Source: Podarcis cretensis (Eukaryota). Taken from it: DNA of 64,000 nucleotides. Below the pieces are notes generated by a model. The model was not told the origin of the DNA. It saw nothing but the letters and a program-made list of their open reading frames with translations, and searched no databases. Each line of letters opens with the position of its first letter. Positions within the stretch are counted from its first letter, which is position 1. The stretch covers positions 82,956,001-83,020,000 of the forward strand of contig OX638149.1 in NCBI GenBank assembly GCA_951804945.1, read 5' to 3'. Shown here piece after piece: positions 1 through 13,600 of this stretch. Position numbers and translations under genes: made by a program.

Positions 1-39
1 CCACACATGCCTTGTCATGCTTCAGTCCCCTTCTAGCAG

Positions 40-95
40 TTATTAGTTCTTATTATTATCATTAATTAAATTTCTTGTTGTTATTGTTGTGATGA

Positions 96-133
<38 letters not shown>

Positions 134-245
134 GTTAGTTGTTGTTAGCTATTATTATTATTATTAATTAAATTTCTTGTTGCTAATTTTTTTATTAGTT
201 AGTTGTTATTAGTTAGTTGTTGTTAGTTATTATTATTAATTGTAT
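40..245. repeat. (TTAG)n/(TTA)n/(TTG)n low-complexity tract
   Basis: Direct reading. Confidence 0.9.
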
Positions 246-2339
246 TTCTGCACCACCCGTCATCCAAGGATCCCATGATGGTTTACAATATAAAAACACA
301 GAAATACATATCATAATAACAAACAAAATTGTATTAAGGCACAGTAAATATGGGATGAGTTTCATGCTGGATGTCTGGAGAAGCAACTAGAAAACTACAC
401 ATCATAGTGCTTTATCAGATGTCATTCTGCACCGATTCATTCAGCTTGGTCAGTTCTTTGTGATTTGGCTTTTCCTTGGTGAATATCAGTTGGCTCAATT
501 ATTTTTAGGGAATATGAAATACAAATTCATGCCAGCTGGCGATCTGGTCTTTTATTTAGAAGTGTAATATTATGCACAGCACTTTAAAAGAAATTAATCA
601 GTTCCAAATCTGATTTACATTAAATATATATAATTCTACTCCTGTTAATATAATGATGACAAATTGATGCAGTGATCTTGTTATTATGTGTGCGCACTGC
701 AGAGTCAATTATTCCCTAATGCAGCACTGTATTAAAACAAGCAATGTGTATTAAATTAAAATCAGCATAATGTGAACCCAACATCAAGAGGATGCAAATG
801 TTAACACAGCAAAATTGTTTAACAAAAGCAAGCTCAGCTAGATCTCTCAGAATTCAGAAGCCTCCCATTCAGCCACCAGATTTTTCATAGGTTCTCCAGG
901 TTACTCCACAACAGGGCCCTGGTGCTTCAGTTTCCTGAGGAATGAAAGCAGCCACTTTTTATGCTCAGGGCCCATGCTGCAGAATAGCTTGCCACCCATT
1001 CATAATTTTTATGGATTGTTCCTGTTTGGAGAGCTTTGTCCACAGTTAGAAGAAAATCAACGATGTGCATAGTTCTCTTCCAACTTATGCTGCCATGAGT
1101 TAGAATGCCTGAGAAATCTCAAAGGACAATAGTAAATTACTAATGATTAACATACTGAAAATAAGCTGTTTTTCAAAAACGTATAACCTTCATGCCCCCT
1201 GCCTAGATAGATATGCCCATGCACATATAAATATATATGAAATGTAAACATAGCAGCTGCGGAGAGAGGAGAGGAGGCAGAAGCTTAGCTCAGAACATGA
1301 TGGGGTCACAGCAGTATAGAAATTAAAGTTTCAACTTACTTGTCTTTCTTGCGGGAGAGAGGAAAGTGGTGTTTGTGCAGATCACGTAGTCAATTGCTCA
1401 CTAAATGGAATACAGCACCAAGCAAAAGCATCAGGGGTGGAGAACCTCCAGTTGACAGGCCAAATCTGACACAGCACAGGTCCCAATTTGGCCCCTGAGG
1501 CCATTTCCCCATAACTCATATACCTGCCCCACTCCTGAGGTCTTACAGGATGTATTCCTGTGGGGAGCTCAACCAGACAGCTAATTCCTGCAGAAAACAA
1601 CCTTACACTCAACACTTTGCTGGCAAAGCGCCCGTGCTGCAATTCCCAAGCGCCTGTCATCCAGCTGACTATTGGACACTTGGAAAACAGTGCACAAGGG
1701 ACTTAGACAAATGGGAGGGGCAACCCATTTGACATCCTGATTTGTCCTGCCCACCTGTCAAAGCTGGACCACAAGGGTGGGGACAGATAACAAACTGGCC
1801 TACTGAGTCAAAAGGGTTCCCAACCCCTGAAATGTGGAAACAGCTCGAAGAGAACTTGCCAAGAAATTTCAGGCAACTGCCGACCAAAGTTCAGAATTAC
1901 TCACCCTCCTCAACCTCTGCTGCAGCAACGTGATAATAAGGAGTGATTGAATAATTGCCATTATTGTACAACCTCCAATCAAGTTATGAAGTCACATTTC
2001 TTTTGAGTGAGAGTCAGGAGGCTCCATTAGTGGATCTGGAAGACAAGACTTCGCTGTCATTGCGGGGGAGAAGCTGACACATGCATCCTCCATAGAAGCA
2101 ATATGGAAAGCTAGGGGATAAAAATAACCAGAGCTGCACAGAGGGATTAACACTTGTTTGCATTGCCACATAACTAATTTTGACACCTCCAACACATTTG
2201 TTCAGCAGAAGAGGAATGAAGGGTGGCAGCTGGTGTGGGTGAAAAGCTCCATCAAACAGGGCTGTGCTGTAAGTTTCTCACTGGCAGATGCAAATCCCAA
2301 GGCAGTTTAGTGGGAGTCAGTGGCTGGAGATGACTCTCT

Positions 2340-3030
2340 CTGCAGGAAATCTCATGCCCAAGTTGGAATACGGGGGCTTTTCTATTCAGTAGTTGCTTGG
2401 GTTACATTACACAGTCAGATGGATTGTTCTGTTATCTGAAATGTGTCGCCGGAGGTTAACATTATTAAAAACAATCTACGGCCATTTCTGGACATGGATG
2501 GCCTGGTTACAGCTACCCATGCGTTAGTAGCCTCCCAGCTGGATTATTGCAAAGCGCTAGGTATGGGGGTGGTCCTTGAGGATGGTCCAGAGAGGGCAGC
2601 CAGAGTGCTAATTGACATATCTGCACAAGGCCATATTACCCTGGTTCTCAAGGATCTGGACTGGCTGCCTGTTTGTCACTGGGTGCAATTCAAGCTGTTA
2701 ATACTGAGGTCCAAAGCCCTAAATGGCTTAGGGCCTGGGTATTCAAAGGGGCATCTCTCCCCATATTATCCTGCCCAGGCTTTAAGGGCACTGCCATGTG
2801 GGCTCACCAGAGGGCTTCCTTGGCAAGAGCATCCCAAGGGACACCCTCCCCTCTGAGTTTTGGCTAGCAAAAACTTTCATTGGTTTTCTCCCCTAAAGGA
2901 GCCATTTTGTGCCCAAGATATACTTGGCTGTGTATTGAGCGATATATTAAACAGATCAAGATGGCGGGATTTTAAATTATATTTTATTGCTGATTTTATT
3001 GTTTATTGAGTTTTACATTGTTGTGGCTTT
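2340..3030 (+). mobile_element. L2-clade LINE 3' fragment (old)
   Basis: LRPFLD...HALVASQLDYC...HITLVLKDLDWLPV...FKLL...KALNGLGP, typical of the L2 RT C-terminus. Confidence 0.8.
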
Positions 3031-3076
3031 CCCACAGAGAGCACGTGAGGAGGGGATGGCCTACAAGTTCAGTCAG

Positions 3077-3110
<34 letters not shown>
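3077..3110. repeat. (TCAA)n microsatellite
   Basis: Direct reading. Confidence 0.9.
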
Positions 3111-3112
<2 letters not shown>

Positions 3113-5267
3113 GCCACTCCTTAAACCCAGTGGATATCAGATGTATCTGTCTGGCCTTCTCAGCAGGGGTTCCCCATCAGTTTTCTGTGGTCCTACCAAT
3201 AGGTATGGGGTGGGAAAACCTGTGGCCCTCCAAAGGCTGTTGGACTCCCATTAGCCCCAACCAGCATGACTAGTGATGGGAGCTGTAGTCTAAGAACATC
3301 TGGAAGGTTACAGGTAGCCCCACCCCTGTGTTATGTCTTCTTTTACAGCCCTCTGAGCACCCAGTTCCTTGCATGCCTTCATTCTCTCAGCCTTCATTCT
3401 CAGGCACTTCAAAGGCCTCGAATTCAGTCTCTAGTAGCACCAGTAATGGAAAGGTTACCAAGTAGCAGGCCTGAGAACCACCGACGGTGATCAGTGGCAA
3501 TCCAGGGCTAGAGGGATCATCCAGTTGTTTAGTGTGAAGCAGCTCCTGTTCCTAGCAATAGTGACAGCTGTGGAGAAAAGAGAACAGTGCTAAGGGAGTA
3601 ATGTGTAGGGGCTGGAGCACTGGCTTCAGAGCCAGCCCAAGACATTTTGCTGCCTAAGGCAAAATGCAAGATGGCACCTCTCCCCATTTCATGTACAAAA
3701 GCCAACCAGACCGGGAGACACTGGTTAAGGGACAGCAACTTCCACTGCCCCTGAACGCAATAAGACTACAGCAGGGCAGGACATGCGGCACACTCCCCAC
3801 CCCTCAGTATCTGCTGCCTGGGGCAACTGCCTCACTCTGCCTCATGGTAGGGCCACCTCTGCCTGTATCTTTCACAATGAGCCTCTGCTCTTCTATCCCT
3901 TTCCCTCCTGTTGTTGAAATTGAATTCTTCCTTTTAAACTTTGCTTATAGTGCTGCTGGGCAAACAGTGTTGGTGAATCCCTAGCTACCCACCACCTTAC
4001 TTTGCCCAGAAATATCTAGACAAATACATCAGAATGTACATGTTTGATTCATGGGTGTGTGCCCCAAGTTCCTTAAGTACACAGCAACACCCTGATGATG
4101 TGTACCCTTCTCAACCATCACCAGCACAAAATGCATGGCAAGCCACCAATACTGTGATAGAGCATGTAGTCTCCTGTTGAAATACTGCATATCAAAGAAT
4201 CACAGAGGCCGTTTATACAGGCATCCCACCCCCACCCCCAATTTCCTTCATGCAAACACGCCCAAATATGTTTCTGCACACCAAAGAAAGGAAATGCGTG
4301 AAATGGCACCAATGCACACAAGCAAGCAATTTCTATGATCATGGATGGTCCAAAAAACTGCAGCTGTGATTATAGAAATTGCTGCTGAGTATGATCACAG
4401 GGCTCTTGAGAGCAATTACATAAAGAGAAACATCTAGGGAAATGCCTGAGTGAATCGGCCCTTGCTAGGTAGCTGTAAATGTAAACCTCCACGCAGCCCA
4501 TGTGGTTTGGGTGACTTCTGCACTCTTCATTGTCTATCCTCCATTCTTCATGCATTGTGCCCCTTTAACATTAGGAATCCCTGTATGCCAATATATACAG
4601 CTCCAGGTCGGACACAGGGCCAAGCAAAATGTGGCAAGAGCAGCCCTGTTTGTTCATGTAGAAAGCAATGTGTGATGGTCTAATGCTAATGTCAGCTGAA
4701 ACCTTCCCATTTCTTACCTCCCCACGGTCCATCGCCCCAGATGTGCTCCCCTCCGCCTGGCTTACTTCCAACACTGGAGCTGGGCTGCAGTGACAGATCT
4801 TGAGATGGTTAGGTGCTTGCTGGGTTCAGGTCTCCTTACCTATACATCCTTGATGATGTAAAAAAAATGGACATACACGCCCAATTTATATATGAATGGG
4901 CCACAGACACATAAAAAAAAATGCTTGCTCAAGTTTAACCCTTAAGGTTGGAGGGATCAGATGTGATGTAAATGAGCAGGCTGAACAAAGATAAATGTGG
5001 AAGACAGACAAGGGAGGAATGTGGAGGGTGTGGGAAGAATGAGGGTTGAAGTGGAGGTAGGGGAAGTTGTGACTGGTAAAGCTTTAAAAGGGCAGAGGGG
5101 AAACCAAAAAAGGGGGCGGGGAAATAAAGGACCAGAGGGTCAAGTGGAACCAGCATTTGATGGAGGAGTCGCAGCCAGGGGGTTTCCATTCATTGGAGAC
5201 AAGTCTTGAACGAAGGTCACCCCTCCTGCTTTCTGACCTGTGTGATTTGTTTCCTCATCCCCCCTAG

Positions 5268-5372
5268 ATCTACCTGTCATGGAAGAGTGGCCCAGGCGAA
5301 GTGAAGCACTGGAAGGATATGATTTCACACCCCCGGCAGGCTGTGGCACAGTGGCACCAGCTGAAGGCCTGA
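5268..5372 (+). CDS. SYT7: Synaptotagmin-7, last coding exon (end of C2B domain)
   Basis: Pyrimidine tract + TAG acceptor (5266-5267), then [34 protein letters not shown] (TGA 5370-5372). This is nearly identical to the vertebrate SYT7 C-terminus as I recall it. Missing from the ORF track. No upstream exons found in 1-5267. Confidence 0.96.
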   Translation: MYLSWKSGPGEVKHWKDMISHPRQAVAQWHQLKA

Positions 5373-7758
5373 GAGGCAGGAGCCGAGGACTCGCTCTGGG
5401 TTTCAGTGCACCAAGTCAACATTTACTGGCCACACTCTCACTACTACTTTATGCACAACGGCTGCACCCTGGTCTCCCCCAGGGGGGAAAAGCTTGGGAA
5501 TGACCACAGGCTAAGGGAGCAAACCTGAAACATGTACTAAACTTTGGGAAAGTGGTATCGGTGCCCAATGTGCTGGCTCAGCAGCGCAGAGCATCACAAG
5601 GAGCACCATTAATACCCAAACTCCTGCTTTAGCCTTTCCATCAGACTCCTTATGTAGAAAGAACGAGAGAGAGAGAAAGAGAGAGAGAGAGAGACCAGAG
5701 CAGAGCAGCCCTCCAGCTGAAGGTGGCCTCAGCACTGATTTGTTTGGATTCACAGTGTAGCAATGGCACAATGGGAGGAGAGGGGTCCGCTACTGCCATA
5801 CAAGACTTCCTATGAGTTCTTCCAGCCAAAGGCCCATTGGGATGGCACCCTACTCCGCCATAAGAAAGCTAACCCCATCCAGCGGCTGCACTGGCCTGAG
5901 AGGGGGCACTGCAAGGAGATCACTTGCTCTGTTTCCATGAGGTGGTTTCGTTATCATTCAATAAAACTTGTAAGAGTAATAAGAATAATATAAATAATAA
6001 TGCTGGCTAGACCTTTTCCTAGCCAGGCCTCTCTGCAAAGGGGAGAGGAGCCACGAAGCTCCCCTAGCCCCCCTGTGTGTGTGTGTGTTGTGTGTTGTAA
6101 CTATGCGTGCAGGGCATTCGTGTGTCACTTGTGTTCTCTTTCTCTCGCTCAGCCCTAGACAATTTGTTTCTCTGAGGGGCTTGATTCACTGCCCAGCAGG
6201 AATTGAGGGGAAGCTTATGCCATGTGGAAAAGGAGGGGAGCAACAGATTTTGGAGCTTTGAGAGGAAAGAGGAAAGAGAGTCAAGGAGGCCATTTTCTTA
6301 ACCATGCTGGAAGCCATGAAACACATGCCACAAGCTAGAGTGTGTGTGGTTGTAACATTAGGGAGAGCCTAACTTTCAATTGCCCCTTTTGTTTGGCAGA
6401 GGCAAAGGAGACATGCTGAGCAGTCCTGAATGGCGGGAGCCAGTCAAACTGACTCCTCTCAACATCCCACTGTGCTTGTCACACATGGCCCCAAGCAACC
6501 ATCCTACTTTAATGATGCCTCCCCATTTTCTCTCCTCTACTCAGCCAGCCACATGCACCCTAACCCACCACCGTCTCTCTTGGATTCCAAAGCTTGTTTT
6601 CACTCAGTCTGCAGCCATTCCCTTGGAAACCAGCAAACACACACCTGTGCAATTTCTAGTTAATTAGCCACATACTTTCTGTACCTTTCTGCATCTATGT
6701 TAAAAGAGTTTGCCTAGAAACTGACTTCTCTCATTTACATTCACACACCCCAAATATAGGTTGCATCAAGAAGATTAGTGCCCATGATGTAGAAGGATGT
6801 GATTTTTCAGCGAAACCAGTACTTCCCGGAAGTGGCGTTGAGGAATTGACTTTATGATAGCAAAACAACCCTAGTTAAAAGTCTTGGGTTGTCCACGCAG
6901 TAACTGCAACTTAAATCTTGGGTTTCTATTTGTCTTTGATGAAATGTTTCATCTCTTCTCTGCTTTTTATTCTTCATTGCCTGATAGGGTACCAGGGAAA
7001 AGTCAACTCTCCTAGACATTCGGTCAAAATGGTAAAGAGACCATCTCAAGACTTCATAGGTGAGAGCAGGGACTAAGGGGCACTGACAAGAAAGATTTGT
7101 GTCTGATTCCAGTGCTTCTCTGGATCTTTATCTCAGTCTTCCCACATTTTTCCTGCAAGCAGAGAACAAGGATTAATCTGCACAACCCTTTTTGAATGTG
7201 TTAAAGGCAACATGTTTTATTTCAGTTACTTGGGAAACATTTTTGGGCTAATATTTTGAATATATTGACAGGTGTCCTAGCCCATTGCATCCTGTGGAGA
7301 AGCAATAATCCACAGCTTTTCTTCTTCCCACCCCAAAGGCTAGAATGTGCCATCAAAGAGGGTCATCTGCATGATTCAGTATGAGCGTGCAGGTCAGTCT
7401 TGCACAATGCTGCAGACCTTCCGTGCGTAGGAGGTGAGCAGTGATGTGAATGTGACAAACCATTCATATAATCCATTTGCCATTTCCAAGGCTCAAGCTG
7501 CAAGGGGGAAATGATGCTGGGGTAGATAAGGCAGAATGGTATTGTGGAGAGGGAGCCTCAGTCTGAACACATATTAAAATATTTGCAGCAGCTATTCGAC
7601 AGAGCAAAAAGCACTCATAAGACAATTCATTTTGGCTTTGAGGTGTCCTAGGTGATTGTGTGCAGGGCTGGCGCAGGATAGTTTGTTGCCTGAGGCATAG
7701 GACAAGATGACAGCTCCCTGCATTCAACATCCAGGTGCTGACTAGCCCAGTGGCTGAG

Positions 7759-7759
<1 letters not shown>

Positions 7760-7804
<45 letters not shown>
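7760..7804. repeat. (TA)n microsatellite
   Basis: Direct reading. Confidence 0.95.
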
Positions 7805-7807
<3 letters not shown>

Positions 7808-8029
7808 CAATTAAACATTATCCTCACATAAGTATAAAAGAATAAACCACAAAAAAAGAAAATAGAAAATAAAACATTTCCACACAATATTAAATCCACA
7901 TTTTGGGGTTACTCAGATCCCTCAACTTCCCTCTAGCCGTGGCTGAGTCTTAATTCAGCACCTGGGATTGGACAGTGTTCTTCACCATACCAGAGGCAGC
8001 AAGCTAGTTGCGAAGGGGGCAGGACGTGT

Positions 8030-8990
8030 CATGTAACATAAACAGCTCTGTCTTCCAACATAGGAAAATGGACAGTTTGAATATGTTTCACCTCCATTTG
8101 TTTGGAAGCTGCTACCTTCAAAAGCAGTCTAATGGTGCATCTCACTACAGATGCAAAAACCTCATTGTAGTCCTCTGCATACTTTTGCAAGTAACCTTTG
8201 GCAACAAGTCTTGCTTTGTAGCATTCAACTTCCCATTCTTTACCCTGCTTTACCTTGCATACCCACTTGCTTCCAATTGTCTTCTTCCTGGGAGGCATCT
8301 TGATTAAAGTCCAGGTTTGGTTCTGGTGCAGGGCATCCATCTCCATGCACCTTCCTTCCATAGACGGGCTTCAGCGGCTGCCACCTGCTCCATCACTTCC
8401 CAGGTGGAAGGTTTCAAGGGGTGATGCCGACTTGTGATGGAGAGCAGTTGCGGAGTTGGAATAGCTTTCTTGGGTCTCAATGAGCACCTGACCTCTGTCT
8501 CTGGAGTCACATCATCTTCCTCATCACCAAGTGCAGGCATCTCCTCATCAGTCTCCTCCCCTGAGGGAGTGCTGCTGCTTGGACTCTACTCCTCTGCTTC
8601 TCCTTGCTGCTCATCATTTGTGCTAAGTGGTGTGACAGTAGAAAGCAGATCTGGACATCAATTCAGGAAAGTACTTGTGGGCTTGTGTTTCTTCCTCTGA
8701 CTCCTCAGAAAAATCTATCTCTTGTCAGCTTTCCTGTGCTCATCAAAATGAACCGCATGTCTTGTGCTGACCTTTCCAGTATTCAAGTTCATCACTTTGT
8801 AATATCTGCCTCCAATACCAAATCCAAACATAATTGCCTGTTCCTCTCTGGAGTCTTAACTTGTCCCTGTTCTCCATGGGTACATAGGCATAGGCAATGC
8901 TGCCAAACACAGGTTTGTGTGATATGTTTGGTACACTTCCATGCCAAAGCTCAAAAGGTGTGCATTCAGCTCCCTTGGTTGGCAGACTGT
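8030..8990 (-). mobile_element. Degenerate Ty1/Copia LTR-retrotransposon pol fragment (integrase C-terminus to RT N-terminus)
   Basis: NSLPTKGAECTPFELWHGSVPNISHKPVFGSIAYAYVP..RDKL, then an acidic linker, then WTLIKMPPRKKTIGSKWVCKVK...YKARLVAKGYLQKYAEDYNEVFASVVR..IRLLL. The IN-before-RT order and motifs are Copia-type. Frameshifted. Confidence 0.9.
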
Positions 8991-8999
8991 TCTGGAGAA

Positions 9000-9720
9000 C
9001 CATCTTCTCTCTCAATTTGAACATCAAAGTAGTAAGAAACATTTCTGAGTTCCTTTATCTCTGCTGCTTTGCACATCTATCTCCCCAGCTGCCTCCACCT
9101 TATTTCATCCACAGTTTTAACAAAAATGGCATTACGAGCCTGTTCTCTGATTGACAGAAAGCTGGAACTGAGAAATTTTCTGACCTCTTACAATCAAGTG
9201 AAAGCCCATTGCTGAAATGAGGGACAGCTTAAGGAAAACAGGATTCATGTGGATATAGATAGTTTCACATTCTTCTTAAACAATCAGCTGAGAATTTATA
9301 GATTTAGGCAGATAACTTTGAAAAATGAATATGGAAATGAAAAGACCTCATATATATCGAATGATTACTCATATGGGAGAAGATAGATTGTGTTATGGGA
9401 AGCAGTGATTGGGGTAACTATCTCAAGAGACACCTAGAAATATATAGGCAGTTCAGAGGAATTACTGTCAATGTGGCATTTAACCCCACTTAGAATAGCT
9501 AGAATTTATTATACCAGTAATGATGACTGTTGGAAATGCAACTCAGTTACAGCATATTTAATTCACTATTTGTGGAACTGCCCTGAAGCAAAAACAATAC
9601 CAGCAGGAAATGGTATCTAATATAAGAAGCATGTTGAAACACCCTGTTCAGCTAGACTCAAAATTACTCCTATTAACTTATTTGAAAGACACAGTCCTTA
9701 AAGGCAGGGAGAAACTGTTG
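9000..9720 (+). mobile_element. L1/Tx1-like LINE ORF2 3' fragment
   Basis: WHLTPLRIARIY....CWKC(X8)H(X4)CP zinc knuckle at about 9474-9590. Boundaries approximate. Confidence 0.75.
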
Positions 9721-9770
9721 TTTAATATAATTCTATTCTAATATTATATGAAGTGCTACATAATATAATA

Positions 9771-10004
9771 CAGTGGTACCTCAGGTTATGAACTTAATTC
9801 GTTCTGGAGGTCCGTTCTTAACCCAAAACCGTTCTTAACCTGAGGCGTGCTTTCACTAATGGGGCCTCCTGCTACCACCGCTGCACGATTTTCATTCTCA
9901 TCCTGGGGCAAAGTTCGCAACCTGGAGCAACTACTTCCGGGTTAGCAGAGTTTGTAACCAGAAGTGTTTGTAACCCGAAGGGTTTGTAACCCGAGGTACC
10001 ACTG
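9771..10004. mobile_element. Tc1/mariner (Tigger-like) MITE
   Basis: TIRs CAGTGGTACCTC...GAGGTACCACTG, flanked by TA on both sides. Confidence 0.9.
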
Positions 10005-10634
10005 TACTGTATTTTTACTACGAGGGGTGGTAACATTTGGATTCTCTGCCCCTAGCGCCAACATTTCTTAAGCCATCTCTGCATGCAAGAAGTTCTATCA
10101 ATGTTGCTGGGATAGAGTCCTAATGATATTTTCCTTCCCCTGGGCTTGCCAGTTTTGGCAGCTGCTTCCAGAGGTTTTTGACTTGTTTCCAGTGTTATTT
10201 CTACTAAGAATAGATCAGTTGAAATTTATGGACATGGCTAACTTAAACCCAATTAACTTCAGTGGAGCTACTCTGCATAGAATGAGCACTGGATACAACC
10301 CTACTTGCTTCTAATGTGAGGGCCAAGTGGGCTCTTTACCAGCCAAGCATTATTTCATTTTTTGCTCTGGCTGTCCAGGTCACAGGCCTTTCACTTATCC
10401 CTTGCTTAGCACAAAGGTAGCTATCATTCCATCTAGTTCCCAATGAGAAATTGTTGGGTGGCTGCAGTTTCCCAGTCCACAAAATTGCCCATCTGATATG
10501 AACTCCTAAGCCTTGAGATGATATATATGAGGCTGACTGTCACCGACAGCAATCATAATGTAAAGCCTTCTGCTCCAAGTACCATGGCAGATGAGAAATA
10601 AAAGCCAGGAAGATGCAAGCATGCTTAAAAGTAC

Positions 10635-10648
10635 CCACTAGGTGGCAC
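10635..10648 (+). promoter_or_regulatory. CTCF-like motif
   Basis: CCACTAGGTGGCAC matches the CCASYAGRKGGCRS core. Confidence 0.4.
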
Positions 10649-13600
10649 TCATGTTCTATTAACACTGCATCGCTGGGCTATCACTGGCTCAACTTGAGTC
10701 ATGAAAGACCCAATTGACTGCTGGTTTAACAGCCAGCACAACACTCTTATATGCAAAGTGACAGGAATGTTTCAGGATGACTGATACTGTCAGGAGCTCT
10801 GGACTATTTTGCCACCAAAACTAAATTGTGCATTTTCCACTTGATTACTGGATGGTAGTAGAAAGGCAGTGGAGTGGATAGAGGCCATTTAGATTGGCAG
10901 GACCCCTAGAAAATGCTGACAAAGGTGGGCAAATGGATAGCAGGATTCTTGGGGTTCCCAAGCTATGGAATAGCAGCTGTGGCATAAGCCAGGCCCCCAA
11001 ATGTGGATTTTATGCAAAATTGCAGTGACATGAGTAGCACTTGGATACTAATATTTGGTTGGAAAACTGGGATGAGGAGCTGTCCATGCCTCCAACCTCT
11101 TTCCAGGCAAATCTACCTGAGCAGTCCTACTTATGTGCTCCTCCTAAAACCTATCATGCTCTGCTGCCCCTTCACATCAATTCTCACACACCCCAGCTTC
11201 CCACTATTCCCCTGTATGCTCCTGGCATGGTATTCAATGCTGGTCCTGTGCAGAATAGGCCTAGTGATGTTAAGAGACAAGGATAACATGGGCTTATTGA
11301 GTTCAATGGGTCTACTTTGAGTAGGGACTTGAATCCAACCCACACACTCTGCCCACCTTCTTTCACTCTCCTCCAGTTGCTCAGATCCTCACGTGTTATG
11401 CTACAGACTGATTTACCAATTTCCCCTCCTCATCTGACCTTCTTCACAGTCCTACTGAAAAGTCTTCACAAGCTCTTCCCTTGCCATGAACCCTCCAGAT
11501 AATGAACTTCACAACCCTGCAGCCATCTTTGTAAACAGCACATTGCCACTGAATACTACTTGAGTCGAATAGGAGGGATCTGTCCACCAGTGGATAGATT
11601 GTGAAAGCTCCTTTCTCCTCCAGAGCTTTGTACTCGCCCAGCCAGGCCATTGTACAGAGGAAAACTCAAATAGGGCATTCAATACCTTCCTTCTGTCCTG
11701 GGTCATTAATCCTGTGGAGTGTGAGCCAAACTTCCAGCACTTAAAATCAAATAAAATAGGGCATTCAGCTTCTTCCTCCAAGCAGTTAACCAATGGGTCT
11801 GTTCTCTCAGGCTATCCTTGAGCAGGTTGACTGTCATAATATGTATAATAGTTGGGGGTGGTGGAATTTAAGGGTGTTTTATTTTGTTGAGTTAGTCAGT
11901 GTGTTACAGTATATTTTTTTCTATATGATGTACAGATGCCTAAATGATATTTCTGGTAGGCACATTTTTATACATGTAACAATACACTGCTGAAAATAAA
12001 GGAGGCTTGCAGGAATAGGAGAAAAACCCCAGTTAGTTGGGGGAAAGTTGGGGAAAAATCAGGGCTCTTATAGAAAATGAGTTGGGGTTTGGCTTTCTTT
12101 CTTCTTCTTTTCCCATCATGGCATTTCTTGGCATCCACTCAGCTGGGCAGGCTTTTTAAAAATCAAAGAGCCCCAAGGAGGTTTTTATATGTTTCTTTAT
12201 TATCCCATTGTTGAGGAAGAGGGCAGAAGGAGAGAGAGTGAGACATGATTTAGCAATTGACGTTTGTTTAATAGGTAATGTCTTAATGGAGAAATAAAAC
12301 CAAATTGTATTGAAATGAGAGGGGCCTGCTTTTTATTTTTGTGCCCCCTCTTGTACAGCTGTCAGCCAATCAGATGCAAAAATAATAATAATAATAGTAG
12401 TGGGATATCAGAAACAATGGGGTTTTTAATGCCAAAGCAAACTGGGAAATACATGACATCCTATTTCAGTATTTTATCAGCTCTCTTTTCCAAGACAATG
12501 TGAGAACCATTTTCTCAGCTGCTTCCTAATAAGTCTGCAGTAAAATAATCATTAAGTCCATCAAGCTATTTATTAATAATAATGTTTATTATTTATTAAT
12601 GACTTCTTCTACTGTTAGTGAATTGTGCCCAATTTAACTTTGATGCCGTCTTTTGTAAAGGTTTTAACAGGCGATCCACAAAAGGGCACCAGTTTTTGTG
12701 TTTTTTTTTATTTAGTGTGAGAAAAAGGCCATCAAAATTACAAACCATTATTCCCTTTCTTGGATTGAAGTGCTAAGGTGCTTTTATCGGGAACAAAATC
12801 CTTCTCTGTCCCAGTCTAAAATTCACAAAGCAGTTGGGAGTTGCTGGTGTTTTCATGTACACTTGGCTTGCCCCAAATAGTCACAAATTGCAGGGCTGTA
12901 TAAATCACAACAAACTGAATTTGGATCTTCCACATCATGAGAAGCTCACAAGCGTCATTATCTAGTTCGTCATGACATTACAGATCCTTGGTGACACTAC
13001 GGATTCTGCACTGTGATTATCACTGGAAAGTATAAGCAGCAGCGGAAACAGGACACTGACAATTATGGGTGGCAAGTGTTTTATTAATGGGGGAGAGAGT
13101 CACACAATGACCATAATAGCAGATAAGATGGTTGGATGACTGGCTTTCCATGTCAGCAAAAGCTTACTTGGCATTTTAGGCAGCTGAGTAATCCTGAGAA
13201 ATTCACTCCTCGTTCTTGAAAAACGGGTTGAAAGAAATTCTATATTAGATGTGCACAACTTTTAACTTGCCAAGCAGAACACAGCTTAGTAGCCTTGAAG
13301 GTGACGTGTCAGATAACCCACTGACCAACTCTTGACTTTGCTTTTACAGTCCCAAGCAGCCAGGAGATGTATGGCGCATCTGGTGTGGCATCCATTGCTG
13401 GTATTTGGCCTGCTGGATCTCAGGCAGTGCAGGCCTGATATAAGCAGTGATGGATCTGAAAGGACATATATAATAGTTTCCCATTTTGATGCAAGAGTCC
13501 AGTTTTCTAGTAACACTGGCTTCTCCCAAATTGTCATTATGCCTATCACACAGAAACCAAATAATTTTATACTGGGAGAAGCTTCCCACCCACCTACTCT

